DNA of 64,000 nucleotides from Candidatus Latescibacterota bacterium (GCA_965204375.1 OZ241986.1:5888001-5952000); one strand, 5' to 3'. Counted from the first letter of the stretch, positions 46,585 to 56,731 are shown. The notes: generated by a model from the letters alone, not told the origin. Made by a program: numbers and translations.

Positions 46585-48028
46585 CCTTCAGTCCGTAAAA
46601 CCCACAGCCTTTAGGCGTGGGTCGCATGGCGAAGGGCTTAAGGTTTGGGGTGCTTTAGCTCGCGGGGGTGTGGTGAAAAACCTTGCTAAAAGCATCACGA
46701 TTTGAGTATATTATCAATGTCCACTGAAAAGAAAACCAATAGCATTTTTTGTGTCTATAACAGCCCGTTTTGGTCTGATAGCTATTGGCTTTCAGTGGAC
46801 AACCAGAGCGGGCTGTTTCTTTGGTGGTTGTCCATGTATTTGACCTGCAAATACAAGCTGTATAGTCGGTGTGATCGCAACAAATATCTCCACCGAGATA
46901 TAGACGCCTTTGCTGGTGTGTATAACCACTTCATTGCGTTGCACAAGCGGTACTATCGCATGTTCGGCAAGTATCCGAGCAAGTTCACATTGATCAAGCA
47001 TTTGACAAAGCTGAAGAAGACCGCCCGCTTTGCTCATTGGTGCTTGTTGCCGTCTCAGGCATTGCAGAATGTGATTGAGCGCATAGACTTTGGCTATCAG
47101 AAGTTCTTTGCCAAAGACAACAAGCGACCACCACAATTTCGTAGCTGGTTCAAATACAAGTCCTATACACTCAAGCAAGTGGGCTACAAATTTCTTGAAG
47201 GCAACAAAGTGCGTATAGGTAAGCGAGTCTTCAGATACCACAAAAGCAGAGACTTCGATACAGACAGTATCAAGGCGGTCACAGTCAAGCGTGACCGCGT
47301 AGGTGATTTGTGGCTGTGTGTTGTTGCTCTGGCAGGAGGTATCAAGCTGGACATTGCCAAGACGGGTAAAACCGCAGGCTTTGACTTCGGCTTGAAAACA
47401 TACCTCACTGCCAGTGACGGCACACAAATACAATCGCCTTTGTTCTTTTCTCGTAATTCTCGTAAGGTCAAGCGTGCCAACCGCAACCTGTCTCGCAAGC
47501 AGAAGGGCAGCAACAACCGCCACAGAGCAAGATTAACTCTTGCCAGGGTGCATAGGCGTGTTGCCAACCAGAGGCGAGAATACCACTGGTGGCTTGCCCA
47601 CCACCTTTGCAAGCAATATGACGTCATGTGCTTTGAAAAGCTCAATATCAAAGCCATGCAAAGGCTATGGGGCAGGAAAATTAGTGACCTCGGCTTCTTT
47701 GACTTCTTGGCCACACTCAAGTATGTCGCACAAAAGACAGGCAAAAAGGTTGTGCAACTCAACCAGTGGTTGCCTACTTCTAAGACCTGCTCCGCTTGTG
47801 ACACGGTCAAAGAAGACCTTGAACTACGAGACAGAACATTCCGTTGCGATTGTGGTTTCGTCATAGACAGAGACCTCAACGCAGCAATAAACATTCACAG
47901 GTGGGGACATCCACCTTTGGAGGAGGCGACGTAAGACATAGCTCGTATAGTATGCTGTCGCTGTTGATACCACAATCCTCGCTGAAGCACCGAGAATCCC
48001 ACAGGCTTTAGCTGTGGGAGTATGTCAA
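46585..48028 (+). mobile_element. IS200/IS605 family, tnpB-only (IS1341-like) element
   Basis: Left: TTAT| ...AAAA + hairpin CCCACAGCC-TTTA-GGCGTGGG; right: GAAT + CCCACAGGC-TTTA-GCTGTGGG ... TCAA| (IS608-like ends); no tnpA. Left cut site is inferred. Confidence 0.88.
46834..47934 (+). CDS. tnpB: TnpB RNA-guided endonuclease
   Basis: RuvC I GFDFGLK, RuvC II CFEKL, Zn finger CSAC..CDC, RuvC III DRDLNAAINI. Confidence 0.95.
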   Translation: MYLTCKYKLYSRCDRNKYLHRDIDAFAGVYNHFIALHKRYYRMFGKYPSKFTLIKHLTKLKKTARFAHWCLLPSQALQNVIERIDFGYQKFFAKDNKRPPQFRSWFKYKSYTLKQVGYKFLEGNKVRIGKRVFRYHKSRDFDTDSIKAVTVKRDRVGDLWLCVVALAGGIKLDIAKTGKTAGFDFGLKTYLTASDGTQIQSPLFFSRNSRKVKRANRNLSRKQKGSNNRHRARLTLARVHRRVANQRREYHWWLAHHLCKQYDVMCFEKLNIKAMQRLWGRKISDLGFFDFLATLKYVAQKTGKKVVQLNQWLPTSKTCSACDTVKEDLELRDRTFRCDCGFVIDRDLNAAINIHRWGHPPLEEAT

Positions 48029-48318
48029 GGATTGAATGCTTATGAGGGAGATCGCATGGTGTTGTTTAATGCGATTTATTGGGTTGATGGCGAAGCTCAT
48101 TTCAGGGATGATTGGCCTCTGGATGATGTTGGCATCGGTGTATTTTTTGATGCGGGTAAGGCGTGGTTTTCAGACTGGGAGCCTGCGGGAACGCGGGTTG
48201 TAACGAATGTGGGATTTGGATTAAAGACCGATAATTTGCGCGTGTTTTTTGCCGTCCGCTGGATGCGAATGATCCGGTTGATTGGCGGGTGTGGGTGCGG
48301 TTTCGCAGGGCATTTTAG
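48029..48318 (+). pseudogene. C-terminal remnant of an Omp85/BamA-TamA-type beta-barrel
   Basis: GLNAYEGDRMVLFN..FFDAGKAW..VGFG; 1-nt frameshift near 48253 restores ...WRVWVRFRRAF* (terminal Phe). Confidence 0.7.
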
Positions 48319-48444
48319 ATTATAGCACAGAATCTCTCGGGTAGTCGTCAAAATAGGCTTTCTGGTACTCTGGGTTCTGGTGGCGATACACTGGTGCAAT
48401 TGCGTGCGATAAATGGAAATGTGAGCTTGTGGAAGTTGCAGTAA
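48319..48444 (+). pseudogene. C-terminal remnant resembling a DUF4097 beta-strand repeat protein
   Basis: NRLSGTLGSGGDTLVQLRAINGNVSLWKLQ* with no start. Confidence 0.45.
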
Positions 48445-48585
48445 AGGCGAGGTGACAGATGGACGTACATCTGTCTAAAGATGATGCTTTTCTTTTTTGC
48501 CTATTCCTGTTATGTTATTAGCGAATACCGCCATAAACGCTAATAAGCATTATTCTTATTTCATTTTTGAAAATAAGGGGGGATT

Positions 48586-49785
48586 GTGGCACCTGGCATT
48601 GATGGAAAACGCCAACCCCATGGTCGTCTGGTTCAATGTTCAGGCGGTTACTACGCGTTTGTCCCGGCACCCCTTCCACCGCCAATTGCCTGGGATGATG
48701 AACTCGTCACTGCACTTTCCCGCGCTGACCGGGCGATAGGTCGGCTCGCTGGCGAAGGCAGGCGGATGCCGAACCCGCATCTCTTCATCAAGCCATTCCT
48801 GCACAGGGAAGCAGTGCTGTCGAGTCGCATTGAGGGCACCCGGACGACTCTGGGCGAATTGCTCGCTTCACAGGCCGGAGCAAGGGTCGCGCAGAATCCT
48901 GCGGATCTGCATGAGGTCACCAACTACGTCGTCGCACTGGAATACGGCATACAGCGTCTGAATACGCTGCCTCTGTCGCTGCGTCTCATTCGAGAAATCC
49001 ACGAACAACTTATGCGCGGCGTACGGGGTGACACAGCTACTCCTGGCGAGTTTCGAAAAAGTCAGAATTGGATCGGTTCGCCTGGAAGTAGTCTGGTCAA
49101 TGCGATTTACGTGCCTCCACCTGCTGATAAATTGATGGAATGTCTTTACGCCTTCGAGTACTTCCTCCACGACGATACACTGCCTCCCCTGGTGCATGCT
49201 GCGCTTGCCCATTCTCAGTTCGAGGCCATTCACCCGTTCCTGGACGGGAATGGGCGCGTTGGACGCCTGCTTATTACGCTCCTGCTTGTCGAACAGGGGG
49301 TCATGCCCTCACCGCTTCTGTACCTGAGTGCTTATTTGGAAGCCACGCGCCAGGAGTACTACGCACGGCTGTTGGCAGTAACTCAAAATGGGGAGTGGGA
49401 AGCATGGCTGATATACTTCCTACGAGGTGTGGCGATCCAGGCCGAAGATGCTATTGGTCGGATTCAACGCATTGACGAGTTGTTCCAGCACTGGTCGGAG
49501 CAACTCGCCGGAGTCCAATCGGGACAACCAGAGAAGGTGTTGGAGTTGTTTGTCGAAAATCCCTTCTGGACTGTGAGCAAAATTGCAGAAACGCTCAAGG
49601 TCGCCTATACCACGGCTCGGCGTGCTCTGGATCGGCTGGAGGCAGCAGGCATCGTTATGTCTGTTGGGACGGCTAAGCGCAACCGGGTGTACTATGCGCG
49701 AGCCATGCTTGAGATCTTAGAGGCACCGTACATTGAGGGGCAGGATGACTCCGAAGGGGGAGATGTTAATGTGAAGGGTCATTAA
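48586..49785 (+). CDS. Fic family protein (DUF4172/Fic/HTH)
   Basis: EAVLSSRIEG inhibitory-type helix; HPFLDGNGRVGR. Confidence 0.95.
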   Translation: MAPGIDGKRQPHGRLVQCSGGYYAFVPAPLPPPIAWDDELVTALSRADRAIGRLAGEGRRMPNPHLFIKPFLHREAVLSSRIEGTRTTLGELLASQAGARVAQNPADLHEVTNYVVALEYGIQRLNTLPLSLRLIREIHEQLMRGVRGDTATPGEFRKSQNWIGSPGSSLVNAIYVPPPADKLMECLYAFEYFLHDDTLPPLVHAALAHSQFEAIHPFLDGNGRVGRLLITLLLVEQGVMPSPLLYLSAYLEATRQEYYARLLAVTQNGEWEAWLIYFLRGVAIQAEDAIGRIQRIDELFQHWSEQLAGVQSGQPEKVLELFVENPFWTVSKIAETLKVAYTTARRALDRLEAAGIVMSVGTAKRNRVYYARAMLEILEAPYIEGQDDSEGGDVNVKGH

Positions 49786-50881
49786 TCAGACGGCGAACGA
49801 CTTCGGCGGGGTCGCCAGTGAGGGCAAGCAGGTCCATCTGTCGTTGTGCCCAGGTGGGTTGGTGCGCGATGTCGAGGACGTGTTTGAGATAGGGTACGCA
49901 ATTGAGCTGTTCGGCCATGGGGAGCAGTTTTTCGACGAGTTCTTCGGTTATTTGTGGGACGGATTTGAGGTCGTGAGAGGTGGAATCAACCAGTTGTGCT
50001 GCGATGCCGTATCGCGAGGCATGCCACTTGTTTTGACGGATGAGCATAGGGTGGCTGTCGTGTTGATAAATTCCCCGGTCAATTTCGTCGGACAGGTTGC
50101 AAATTAAACACTGTATGAGTGCGACCAATCCCAATGTGTCTTCGAGAGTGCCAGGGATGTCGCAAATGCGGACTTCAACGGTGCCAAATGCGTGGTGGGG
50201 GCGCACGTCCCACCAGATTTCGCGGATGGATTCGATATAGCCGGTGTCGATGAGGTGGTTGATGAGCCAGACATATTCGCTCCAATTGCGCATTAAGGGG
50301 GGCAGCCCAGCAGTGGGGAGGCCCTCCATTATTTTTGATCGCCACGAGTGCAAGCCCGTGACCCGACCCTCCCAGAATGGGCTGTTGCAAGAAAGCGCCA
50401 GCAAGACGGGCAAATAGCGCAGTATTCGGTCGCAGATCATTATGGCTTTGTCGCCGCTGTTGACGCCCACGTGTACGTGGAGGCCAAATGTGACCAGTTG
50501 TCGGGCGGTGTCCTGGAGAAGGTTGACGAGACCCATGTATCGGTCATTGGGTGTGATTTTTTGTTCGCGCCAGGTGGAGAATGGATGTGTGCCCGACCAG
50601 TAGAGTTGAACATTCTCGGCGGCCGCTACGCTGGATAATACCTGGAGTTTGGGCTTGAGGTCGGCTTCTACGTGGCTGACACTTTCACATATATCGGTGT
50701 TGATTTCGACATAACACTGCATCAATTCGGGCTTGATTTTGTCGGCATATTCGTCGGGAATGCGATTGAGAATCGCGGCATTTTTGCTGCACAAAGCCAT
50801 GGTGTTGGCATCGACCAGAGCCAGTTCTATTTCCACGCCAAGGGTGGGTTGATTACTGGGATTAAAATCAAGCCGGGTCAT
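49766..50881 (-). CDS. YbdK family carboxylate-amine ligase (GCS2)
   Basis: TLGVEIE, ELMQCYVE, GTHPF, FGLHVHVG, WWDVRPH, GTVEVRICD. Confidence 0.92.
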   Translation of the reverse strand: MTRLDFNPSNQPTLGVEIELALVDANTMALCSKNAAILNRIPDEYADKIKPELMQCYVEINTDICESVSHVEADLKPKLQVLSSVAAAENVQLYWSGTHPFSTWREQKITPNDRYMGLVNLLQDTARQLVTFGLHVHVGVNSGDKAIMICDRILRYLPVLLALSCNSPFWEGRVTGLHSWRSKIMEGLPTAGLPPLMRNWSEYVWLINHLIDTGYIESIREIWWDVRPHHAFGTVEVRICDIPGTLEDTLGLVALIQCLICNLSDEIDRGIYQHDSHPMLIRQNKWHASRYGIAAQLVDSTSHDLKSVPQITEELVEKLLPMAEQLNCVPYLKHVLDIAHQPTWAQRQMDLLALTGDPAEVVRRLINDPSH

Positions 50882-52089
50882 GGGCTGTCTCCATTCTTTT
50901 TTCGCGATGGAGCGAAATAGTTGACGATGCTGCGCGCGAGTATTTTGGCGCCTATGACGAGGGCGCGTTCATCGATGTCGAAGTCGGGGGCATGCAGGGG
51001 CGGGGCACTGCCTCCGGCGGGCATGCATCCCAGGCGAAACAAGCTGCCGGGCACATGGTCGAGATAATTGGCAAAGTCTTCTCCCCCCATGCTCGGTCTG
51101 GCGATGGTTTGAACGTGTGTTTGGCCCAATAGATCGATGGCATTTTGGCGGATCAGTTCGGTGAGTGCGGGATCGTTGTTGACCGATGAGGGACCGGTGA
51201 GAAAGCGAACATCGATTTCCGTGTCGGTGAGATTGGCTATGCCATTGGCTATTTTGAGAATGTGGTCCATGGCATGGGCTTGAGAACTGCCACTGAGGGT
51301 GCGAAGGGTGCCGCGAAGCAGAGCCTGGCCGGGTATGACGTTGGGATTTTCGCCTGCAGAGATATGCCCAATTGATATGACAATCGGGTCGTAGGTATCT
51401 ACATTGCGAGGCAATGATTGATAGAGTGCAGTGATGACCTGAGCAGCAGCGACGATGGGGTCTCGCGTTTCCCGGGGACGCGCAGCATGACCGCCCCGGC
51501 CCTGGATGCAAATTTCTATTTCGGCACAATTGGCTGTGAGTACGCCCTTGCGTGTGCCCACAGTACCTGCTGGTCGCGAGGGATCGAGGTGAAGACTGAG
51601 CAGGCCACAGACGTTTTTGAGGGCTCCAAAGGCGATCATGTCTTTGGCGCCGCGATTGGTTTCTTCAGCAGGTTGAAAGATGGCGCGCCAGTGTACAGGC
51701 CACGGCAATACCCGGTCGCATTCCAGAAGGCCCAGAACAGCACCGAGCACGGTGGCTGTATGACCATCGTGTCCGCAGGCGTGCATCACGCCTGGTACGC
51801 GACTGCGGTAGGGTACGTTTTTGGCATCTTGTATGCGAAGTGCGTCGATATCGGCTCGCATGCCTATACGCGTTTTTTTCAATGTATTGTCGGCTATAAC
51901 GCCACAACCTCTGGGTCCCGTCTGTATATGGCATCCGGTCTGTTGTAACAATTTGACGAGATAGCGCGTGGTTTCCACTTCTCGCCCGCTGGGTTCGGGA
52001 TACATGTGCAGATCGCGGCGGACGCGTACAATTTTTTTTCGCTGAGCGTCAATGGCACGGTCGAGTTTTTGTGTCCATTTATTGGGCAT
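50878..52089 (-). CDS. M20D family amidohydrolase
   Basis: RRDLHMYPE, RADIDAL, MHACGHDGH, FQPAEE, GGEDF, LH..DF. Confidence 0.92.
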   Translation of the reverse strand: MPNKWTQKLDRAIDAQRKKIVRVRRDLHMYPEPSGREVETTRYLVKLLQQTGCHIQTGPRGCGVIADNTLKKTRIGMRADIDALRIQDAKNVPYRSRVPGVMHACGHDGHTATVLGAVLGLLECDRVLPWPVHWRAIFQPAEETNRGAKDMIAFGALKNVCGLLSLHLDPSRPAGTVGTRKGVLTANCAEIEICIQGRGGHAARPRETRDPIVAAAQVITALYQSLPRNVDTYDPIVISIGHISAGENPNVIPGQALLRGTLRTLSGSSQAHAMDHILKIANGIANLTDTEIDVRFLTGPSSVNNDPALTELIRQNAIDLLGQTHVQTIARPSMGGEDFANYLDHVPGSLFRLGCMPAGGSAPPLHAPDFDIDERALVIGAKILARSIVNYFAPSRKKNGDSP

Positions 52090-52260
52090 ATACCTTAAAA
52101 TAGGAATTATTTTTTTTTGCGCTATAAATTGTTTCGGTCGGTTCGCCTGCCCCTGAATGCCTATTTCCACTTGACTTCGCGTCGTGTATGGTTGAAATTA
52201 GACGGGCATTTTAATTTTGTAGGCTAAATAATCGGGAGATATTTCTATAAGGAGTGTATT

Positions 52261-52479
52261 ATGTGGCGCCGACAAGAAGTGCATCGCGACTTTTTCTGGA
52301 TAGGGCTTGCTGTTGGTCTTGCTCTTGGTGTTCTCGCTATTCTGGGATTTTTGTTGAAAACGGAAGCAGGGCAAAATACGCGCTCGCGCCTGGGAGAGGC
52401 CGTTCAGCGCGTGCGTAGCCGTTTTAATGGTTCCGCAAAATCTCAGGAATCACCTGCTGAAGCGGGATATATAGATTAG
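52261..52479 (+). CDS. YtxH-like small membrane protein
   Basis: AAGGAG RBS; F.IG...G...G..A..G.LL...AG..TR. Confidence 0.65.
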   Translation: MWRRQEVHRDFFWIGLAVGLALGVLAILGFLLKTEAGQNTRSRLGEAVQRVRSRFNGSAKSQESPAEAGYID

Positions 52480-52586
52480 AAGAATTTCAGGATGGGTGTG
52501 TTTCTGGATTGAACGACCCGAATAGAGAGGTGAGACGCGAGAAGTAAGACGCGAGAGCGTTTTTACTTCTTGCGTTTTTGTATCTG

Positions 52587-53087
52587 ATGAATTTGCTTTC
52601 CAAACCCGATGGCTATCCCATTTATGCCGTTGTGGAAAATGTTCGTTCACTGTTTAATGTGGGCGCGATTTTTCGCTCGGCAGATGGGATTAATGCATCG
52701 GGGATTTATTTGACGGGGTTTACGGGATGTCCCCCGCGCAGGGAAATCAGTCGCGTGGCGTTGGGCGCAGAAGAGGCCGTGCCCTGGCATTATGAACGGG
52801 ATACGGAAGAGGTAATTGGCGATTTGCGCTCACAAGGTGTTCAGGTGGTCGCATTAGAGCAAACGCCAGATAGTGTCGATTTTCGAACCTTTTGCTATCG
52901 CTGGCCGGTGGCTGTGATTTTGGGCCATGAAGTGACGGGCGTGCGTCCTGAGACACTGTGTTTGTGCGACGGCGTTGTACATATTCCAATGTTGGGAACA
53001 AAAGTGTCTCTAAATGTGTCTGTAGCTGCAGGGGTTATGCTTTATGAATTGTTGTCCGTTTTTGAAGGGCAACGAGATAGGGAGTGA
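52587..53087 (+). CDS. TrmH/SpoU family RNA methyltransferase
   Basis: ENVRSLFNVGAIFRSAD, LGHEVTG, IPM.G...SLNVSVAAG. Confidence 0.92.
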   Translation: MNLLSKPDGYPIYAVVENVRSLFNVGAIFRSADGINASGIYLTGFTGCPPRREISRVALGAEEAVPWHYERDTEEVIGDLRSQGVQVVALEQTPDSVDFRTFCYRWPVAVILGHEVTGVRPETLCLCDGVVHIPMLGTKVSLNVSVAAGVMLYELLSVFEGQRDRE

Positions 53088-53150
53088 TATACTTTTGGGA
53101 CGTGGGGTTGAGCGGACTGGCTACTGACAATTGAGAAAGGATGTATCCCG

Positions 53151-54353
53151 ATGAATTTACGCTTTTGCGCTGTGCTGTGTATGCTTATGGCCCTGAACGG
53201 AGAGGAACTGCGGGCTGAAACGCGCGTGTTTTGGGTAGCTGACGGCCCTATGGGATCGGATTTTGATGGCGATGGCAAGGTGACGTTTACCGATTTTTTG
53301 CACTTTGTCAATAGTTTTAATGCGGATCCTGAAGATGAGAGTTATGATCCCCGCACGGATTTGAATGAGGACGGGGTCACGAATTTTAACGATTTTTTGG
53401 CATTTAGTTCTTCTTATGGTCAAGCGAAGACACCTGCCGAATCGAGCGGAGATCGATATATTATTTATGTGGCGGATGTAGATGATAGTTCGGTTATGGC
53501 ACTGGATTCTGATTCACATCTGATACTCGATTATATGCCCTATCGCGGTCCGGGTGGGGTAATGGTGTCTGCCGATCAGCAGTCGATTTATGTGTCGGAG
53601 GTGTTTGGCTTTTTCAAGATGGACACGCGCCATCAGGTGGAGTTTAGCGTGCCTGTTGAATCGCGGGGTAAAGCGGTACTGAGTCTCGATCAGACGCGGG
53701 CTTATGTGACCGATCAAGTACAGGATCTGGTTCGCGTAGTGGATGTAGTGAATGGCGTTACCGTAGATTCTATTCTGGTGGGCAATCGACCATTTGATGT
53801 CGCGCTCGCGCCCGATGGCACAAAGTTGTATGTGGCAAATCTAAATGATCGAAATGTGGTTGTTGTCGATCTGGCAACGATGACGGTTACGGCGAGGATA
53901 ATTATTGGTGATTTTACGGGGGAGATAGCAATTACGCAGGATGGAGCGCGCGCTTATGTGACAAATTTGACGCGCGGTGTGATTTCTGTTTTGGATCTCA
54001 ATACCAATCAGGTGGTGGGCGCGCTTCAGATTGATCAGGGGTCTTCGTTTGGTGCAGAGTTTTCGCCCGATAAAAAGTTATTGTACGTGAGCGCGGAGGG
54101 CGTGTTGTTGGAAATTGATGTGGAGCACAATTTGATTGTTCGCACATTGCGACTGGGAAATGATTCGACGGTGCTCGGGGTTTCGCCCGATGGCTCTCGA
54201 GCTTATGTTGCAACGCTTGTGCAACAGGCTGGGGGACCGGGACTTACAGTGGTGGATTTGAATGAGTGGCGAATTCTCGGGCGGTTACGGGGATTCTTTT
54301 ACCCGAGGGAGATCGCGTTTCGGACTGTGCCGAGGATTACGGGATCTCAGTGA
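53151..54353 (+). CDS. secreted dockerin/EF-hand + YncE/YVTN beta-propeller protein
   Basis: Signal peptide; DFDGDGKVTFTDF / DLNEDGVTNFNDF; repeated PDG..AYVT/AN. Confidence 0.85.
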   Translation: MNLRFCAVLCMLMALNGEELRAETRVFWVADGPMGSDFDGDGKVTFTDFLHFVNSFNADPEDESYDPRTDLNEDGVTNFNDFLAFSSSYGQAKTPAESSGDRYIIYVADVDDSSVMALDSDSHLILDYMPYRGPGGVMVSADQQSIYVSEVFGFFKMDTRHQVEFSVPVESRGKAVLSLDQTRAYVTDQVQDLVRVVDVVNGVTVDSILVGNRPFDVALAPDGTKLYVANLNDRNVVVVDLATMTVTARIIIGDFTGEIAITQDGARAYVTNLTRGVISVLDLNTNQVVGALQIDQGSSFGAEFSPDKKLLYVSAEGVLLEIDVEHNLIVRTLRLGNDSTVLGVSPDGSRAYVATLVQQAGGPGLTVVDLNEWRILGRLRGFFYPREIAFRTVPRITGSQ

Positions 54354-54389
54354 GGCGAGTGAGCAGTTTTATCTATGGAGAAAGCGACC

Positions 54390-55100
54390 TTAATGGTCGC
54401 TTTTTTTATTTGGTATCATCAGGTCGAGACATTCTGACATGAGGTGATTGATGCGTTCAAACTCGTGTTGATCTGTCAGTATTTCGCAGGCGGGCTGAAT
54501 ATAGGGCGCATCGACGATTTCGTCTCCACAGTTATCGATCAATGCCCGGGCTGCGTTGGGCGTTGTTTCCAGGTGGAATTGCAATGCGAGGATCTGATCG
54601 CCTACCGAGAATGCCTGATTCTCACAGGCATGGCTTTTGGCGAGATGAGTCGCGCCAGTGGGGAGGTCATAAGTATCGCCATGCCAGTGAAAGACTTTGC
54701 CAGCCTGTGCGAGTAACGGCCCGATTTTTTCATGCGTTTGCACGCCTTCAATGGGAAACCAGCCGATTTCTTTGTGGTTATTTGGATAGACTTTGGCACC
54801 GAGTACGTCGGCTATGAGTTGGGCACCCAGGCAGATGCCCAGTACATGTGTATCGGTATCCATCGCCTGTTTCAAAAATTCCTTCTCTCGTATGAGCCAG
54901 GGGCAGTCGCATTCGTCATAGACGCCCATAGGTCCCCCCATGACGACCAGCAGGTCTATTTCATCGGCTGATGGCAATGCCTCGCCGGCAAAGAGACGCG
55001 TGCGTGAGATTTGAGCACGCCGCGTTTTTGCCCAGGATGCAATGCTACCCAGCCCTTCGAAGGGCACGTGCTGGAGATAATGTAGTTTAAGAGATGTCAA
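54390..55100 (-). CDS. class I glutamine amidotransferase
   Basis: QHVPFEG, MGGPM, LGICLGAQL, HWHGD, QFHLE. Confidence 0.92.
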   Translation of the reverse strand: MTSLKLHYLQHVPFEGLGSIASWAKTRRAQISRTRLFAGEALPSADEIDLLVVMGGPMGVYDECDCPWLIREKEFLKQAMDTDTHVLGICLGAQLIADVLGAKVYPNNHKEIGWFPIEGVQTHEKIGPLLAQAGKVFHWHGDTYDLPTGATHLAKSHACENQAFSVGDQILALQFHLETTPNAARALIDNCGDEIVDAPYIQPACEILTDQHEFERINHLMSECLDLMIPNKKSDH

Positions 55101-56085
55101 CGGGTTGTTGTGTTTTCATGGATTCGTAAATGGCGTCCATGGTTTTCATGTTGCCAATGCTGTTTTCGGGCGGGATGCGGTGCGCTTGTCCGGTGTCGAG
55201 GCAGTCGCACAAATGGTGGAGTTGATTCAGGAATTGGAAGATGGGTTCAAATTCATGGGTTTCAATGCCATCGCGGGTGTGAACTTCGAGGGTCGTGGGC
55301 TGGTTTTCGTTGTTCCAGGCGCGTTCTGTTCGCAACATGCCATCGATGCCGGAGATTTCAAAATATTGTGAGGAGGCCATTTTGAAGCTAAAGGTGAGTT
55401 GTGCGGTGACGTGATTGGGAAATTCGTAGATGGCGATAATTGTTTCATCCACTTCGCGACCAAATTCTCCCGTGGCATAGACGCGGATGGGATCGGCGTT
55501 GGCTATGAAGCGGGCGTGATGGGTATTGTAACACCCCAGATCATAGACTGCGCCACCGCCTTTTTCTTTGTTGAAACGCCAGTTGAGTTCGGGTTTTCGG
55601 CGGTCTCTTGAAACACCCGTGCAAAAGGTGCTGCGAATATTGATCAGGGGGCCAATTTTTCCACTGTCGAGAATTTCTTTGGCTTTGAGATGTAAGGGGT
55701 GATGGCGGAATTTGAAGGCTTCGGCGAGGAGGATATTGTTGGCTTTGGCGCAGGCGACCATTTCGCGGCATTCTGCAGCGGTTTGTGTGATGGGTTTTTC
55801 ACAGAGGATGGCGCGAACTTTTTGCGATTTTGCAATTTGATTGCTCAGGCTGGCGTGAAAGCGGCCCCATGTGCAGAGGATGGCGATGTCGAGGTTTTCA
55901 TTGTCGAGCATCAGGTCGAGATCTGTATAACCTTTTCGGACGTCAAATTCGCCGCGGTATCTCTCAACCGCTTCGGGCAAGACATCGCAGACTGCAACGA
56001 TTTCTGCGCGGTCAGATTGTGCAGCCGCCCGACCATGAGCACGCGAGATACCGCCAGCACCAACAATTCCAATGCGATAAGACAT
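55087..56085 (-). CDS. Gfo/Idh/MocA family oxidoreductase
   Basis: IGIVGAGGI, LCEKP, EAFKFRHHP, GGGAVYDLGCY. Confidence 0.92.
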   Translation of the reverse strand: MSYRIGIVGAGGISRAHGRAAAQSDRAEIVAVCDVLPEAVERYRGEFDVRKGYTDLDLMLDNENLDIAILCTWGRFHASLSNQIAKSQKVRAILCEKPITQTAAECREMVACAKANNILLAEAFKFRHHPLHLKAKEILDSGKIGPLINIRSTFCTGVSRDRRKPELNWRFNKEKGGGAVYDLGCYNTHHARFIANADPIRVYATGEFGREVDETIIAIYEFPNHVTAQLTFSFKMASSQYFEISGIDGMLRTERAWNNENQPTTLEVHTRDGIETHEFEPIFQFLNQLHHLCDCLDTGQAHRIPPENSIGNMKTMDAIYESMKTQQPVDIS

Positions 56086-56107
56086 GTGAAACTCCTAAAA
56101 AAGATCC

Positions 56108-56731
56108 TCAGGCCAATGTATCCAATATATGTCGCGCAACAGATTTAGCCAGTATGGCAGAGCCTTCTTTTGAAAAATGCACATTGGCGGGGAGTTGTAT
56201 ATCGTCAAGGCGTTCTATAGCATATCCATAGAGATTATGTGTGGGAATGCCGTGTGCCTCCATGACTTTTTGTGCGATGGCGTTGTATTCAACTTCGTCG
56301 CCGGGTTTGCGAAAGGACGCGCCTTCGGGAACCGGTGTGGTGGCACACCAGATCAGTTTGGCACCGGTTTGTTTGAGGCGTTTGACGAGGGAGTCGAGGT
56401 TTTGTTCGTATTGGTCTGCGGGTACTTGATGTTGGCCCTGCGGGGGATCGACGCGCTCACCCTGTTCTGTCATATAGACGATGTCGTGTAATCCCCAGTT
56501 GAAGTGGATGACATCCCAGGAACCGTCACCGAGCCAGTTTTCGATTTCTTCTGTGCCGCGCTTTGTCGGGCCGCAGTTGGTGAGCGGGCGGTGGAGATTG
56601 GCTTTGCCTTTGAGTAATTCGCGCACAGATAGGGTATAACCGATAGAGATGGAGTCCCCTATAATCAGTACGCGAGGAAGGCTGGGGTCATCTTCAATGG
56701 GTTCAAATGCAGGGTTGTTGTTGGGAGGCAT
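56108..56731 (-). CDS. SGNH/GDSL hydrolase
   Basis: [25 protein letters not shown]. Confidence 0.88.
   Translation of the reverse strand: MPPNNNPAFEPIEDDPSLPRVLIIGDSISIGYTLSVRELLKGKANLHRPLTNCGPTKRGTEEIENWLGDGSWDVIHFNWGLHDIVYMTEQGERVDPPQGQHQVPADQYEQNLDSLVKRLKQTGAKLIWCATTPVPEGASFRKPGDEVEYNAIAQKVMEAHGIPTHNLYGYAIERLDDIQLPANVHFSKEGSAILAKSVARHILDTLA

Noticed and set aside
46585-46833. tnpA (Y1 or serine transposase) in the IS
   Set aside because: Only ~250 bp and no HUH or serine recombinase motif; the element is non-autonomous.
46792-47894. Long antisense ORFs (243 aa, 236 aa) within tnpB
   Set aside because: Shadow ORFs with no recognisable motifs opposite a well-supported gene.
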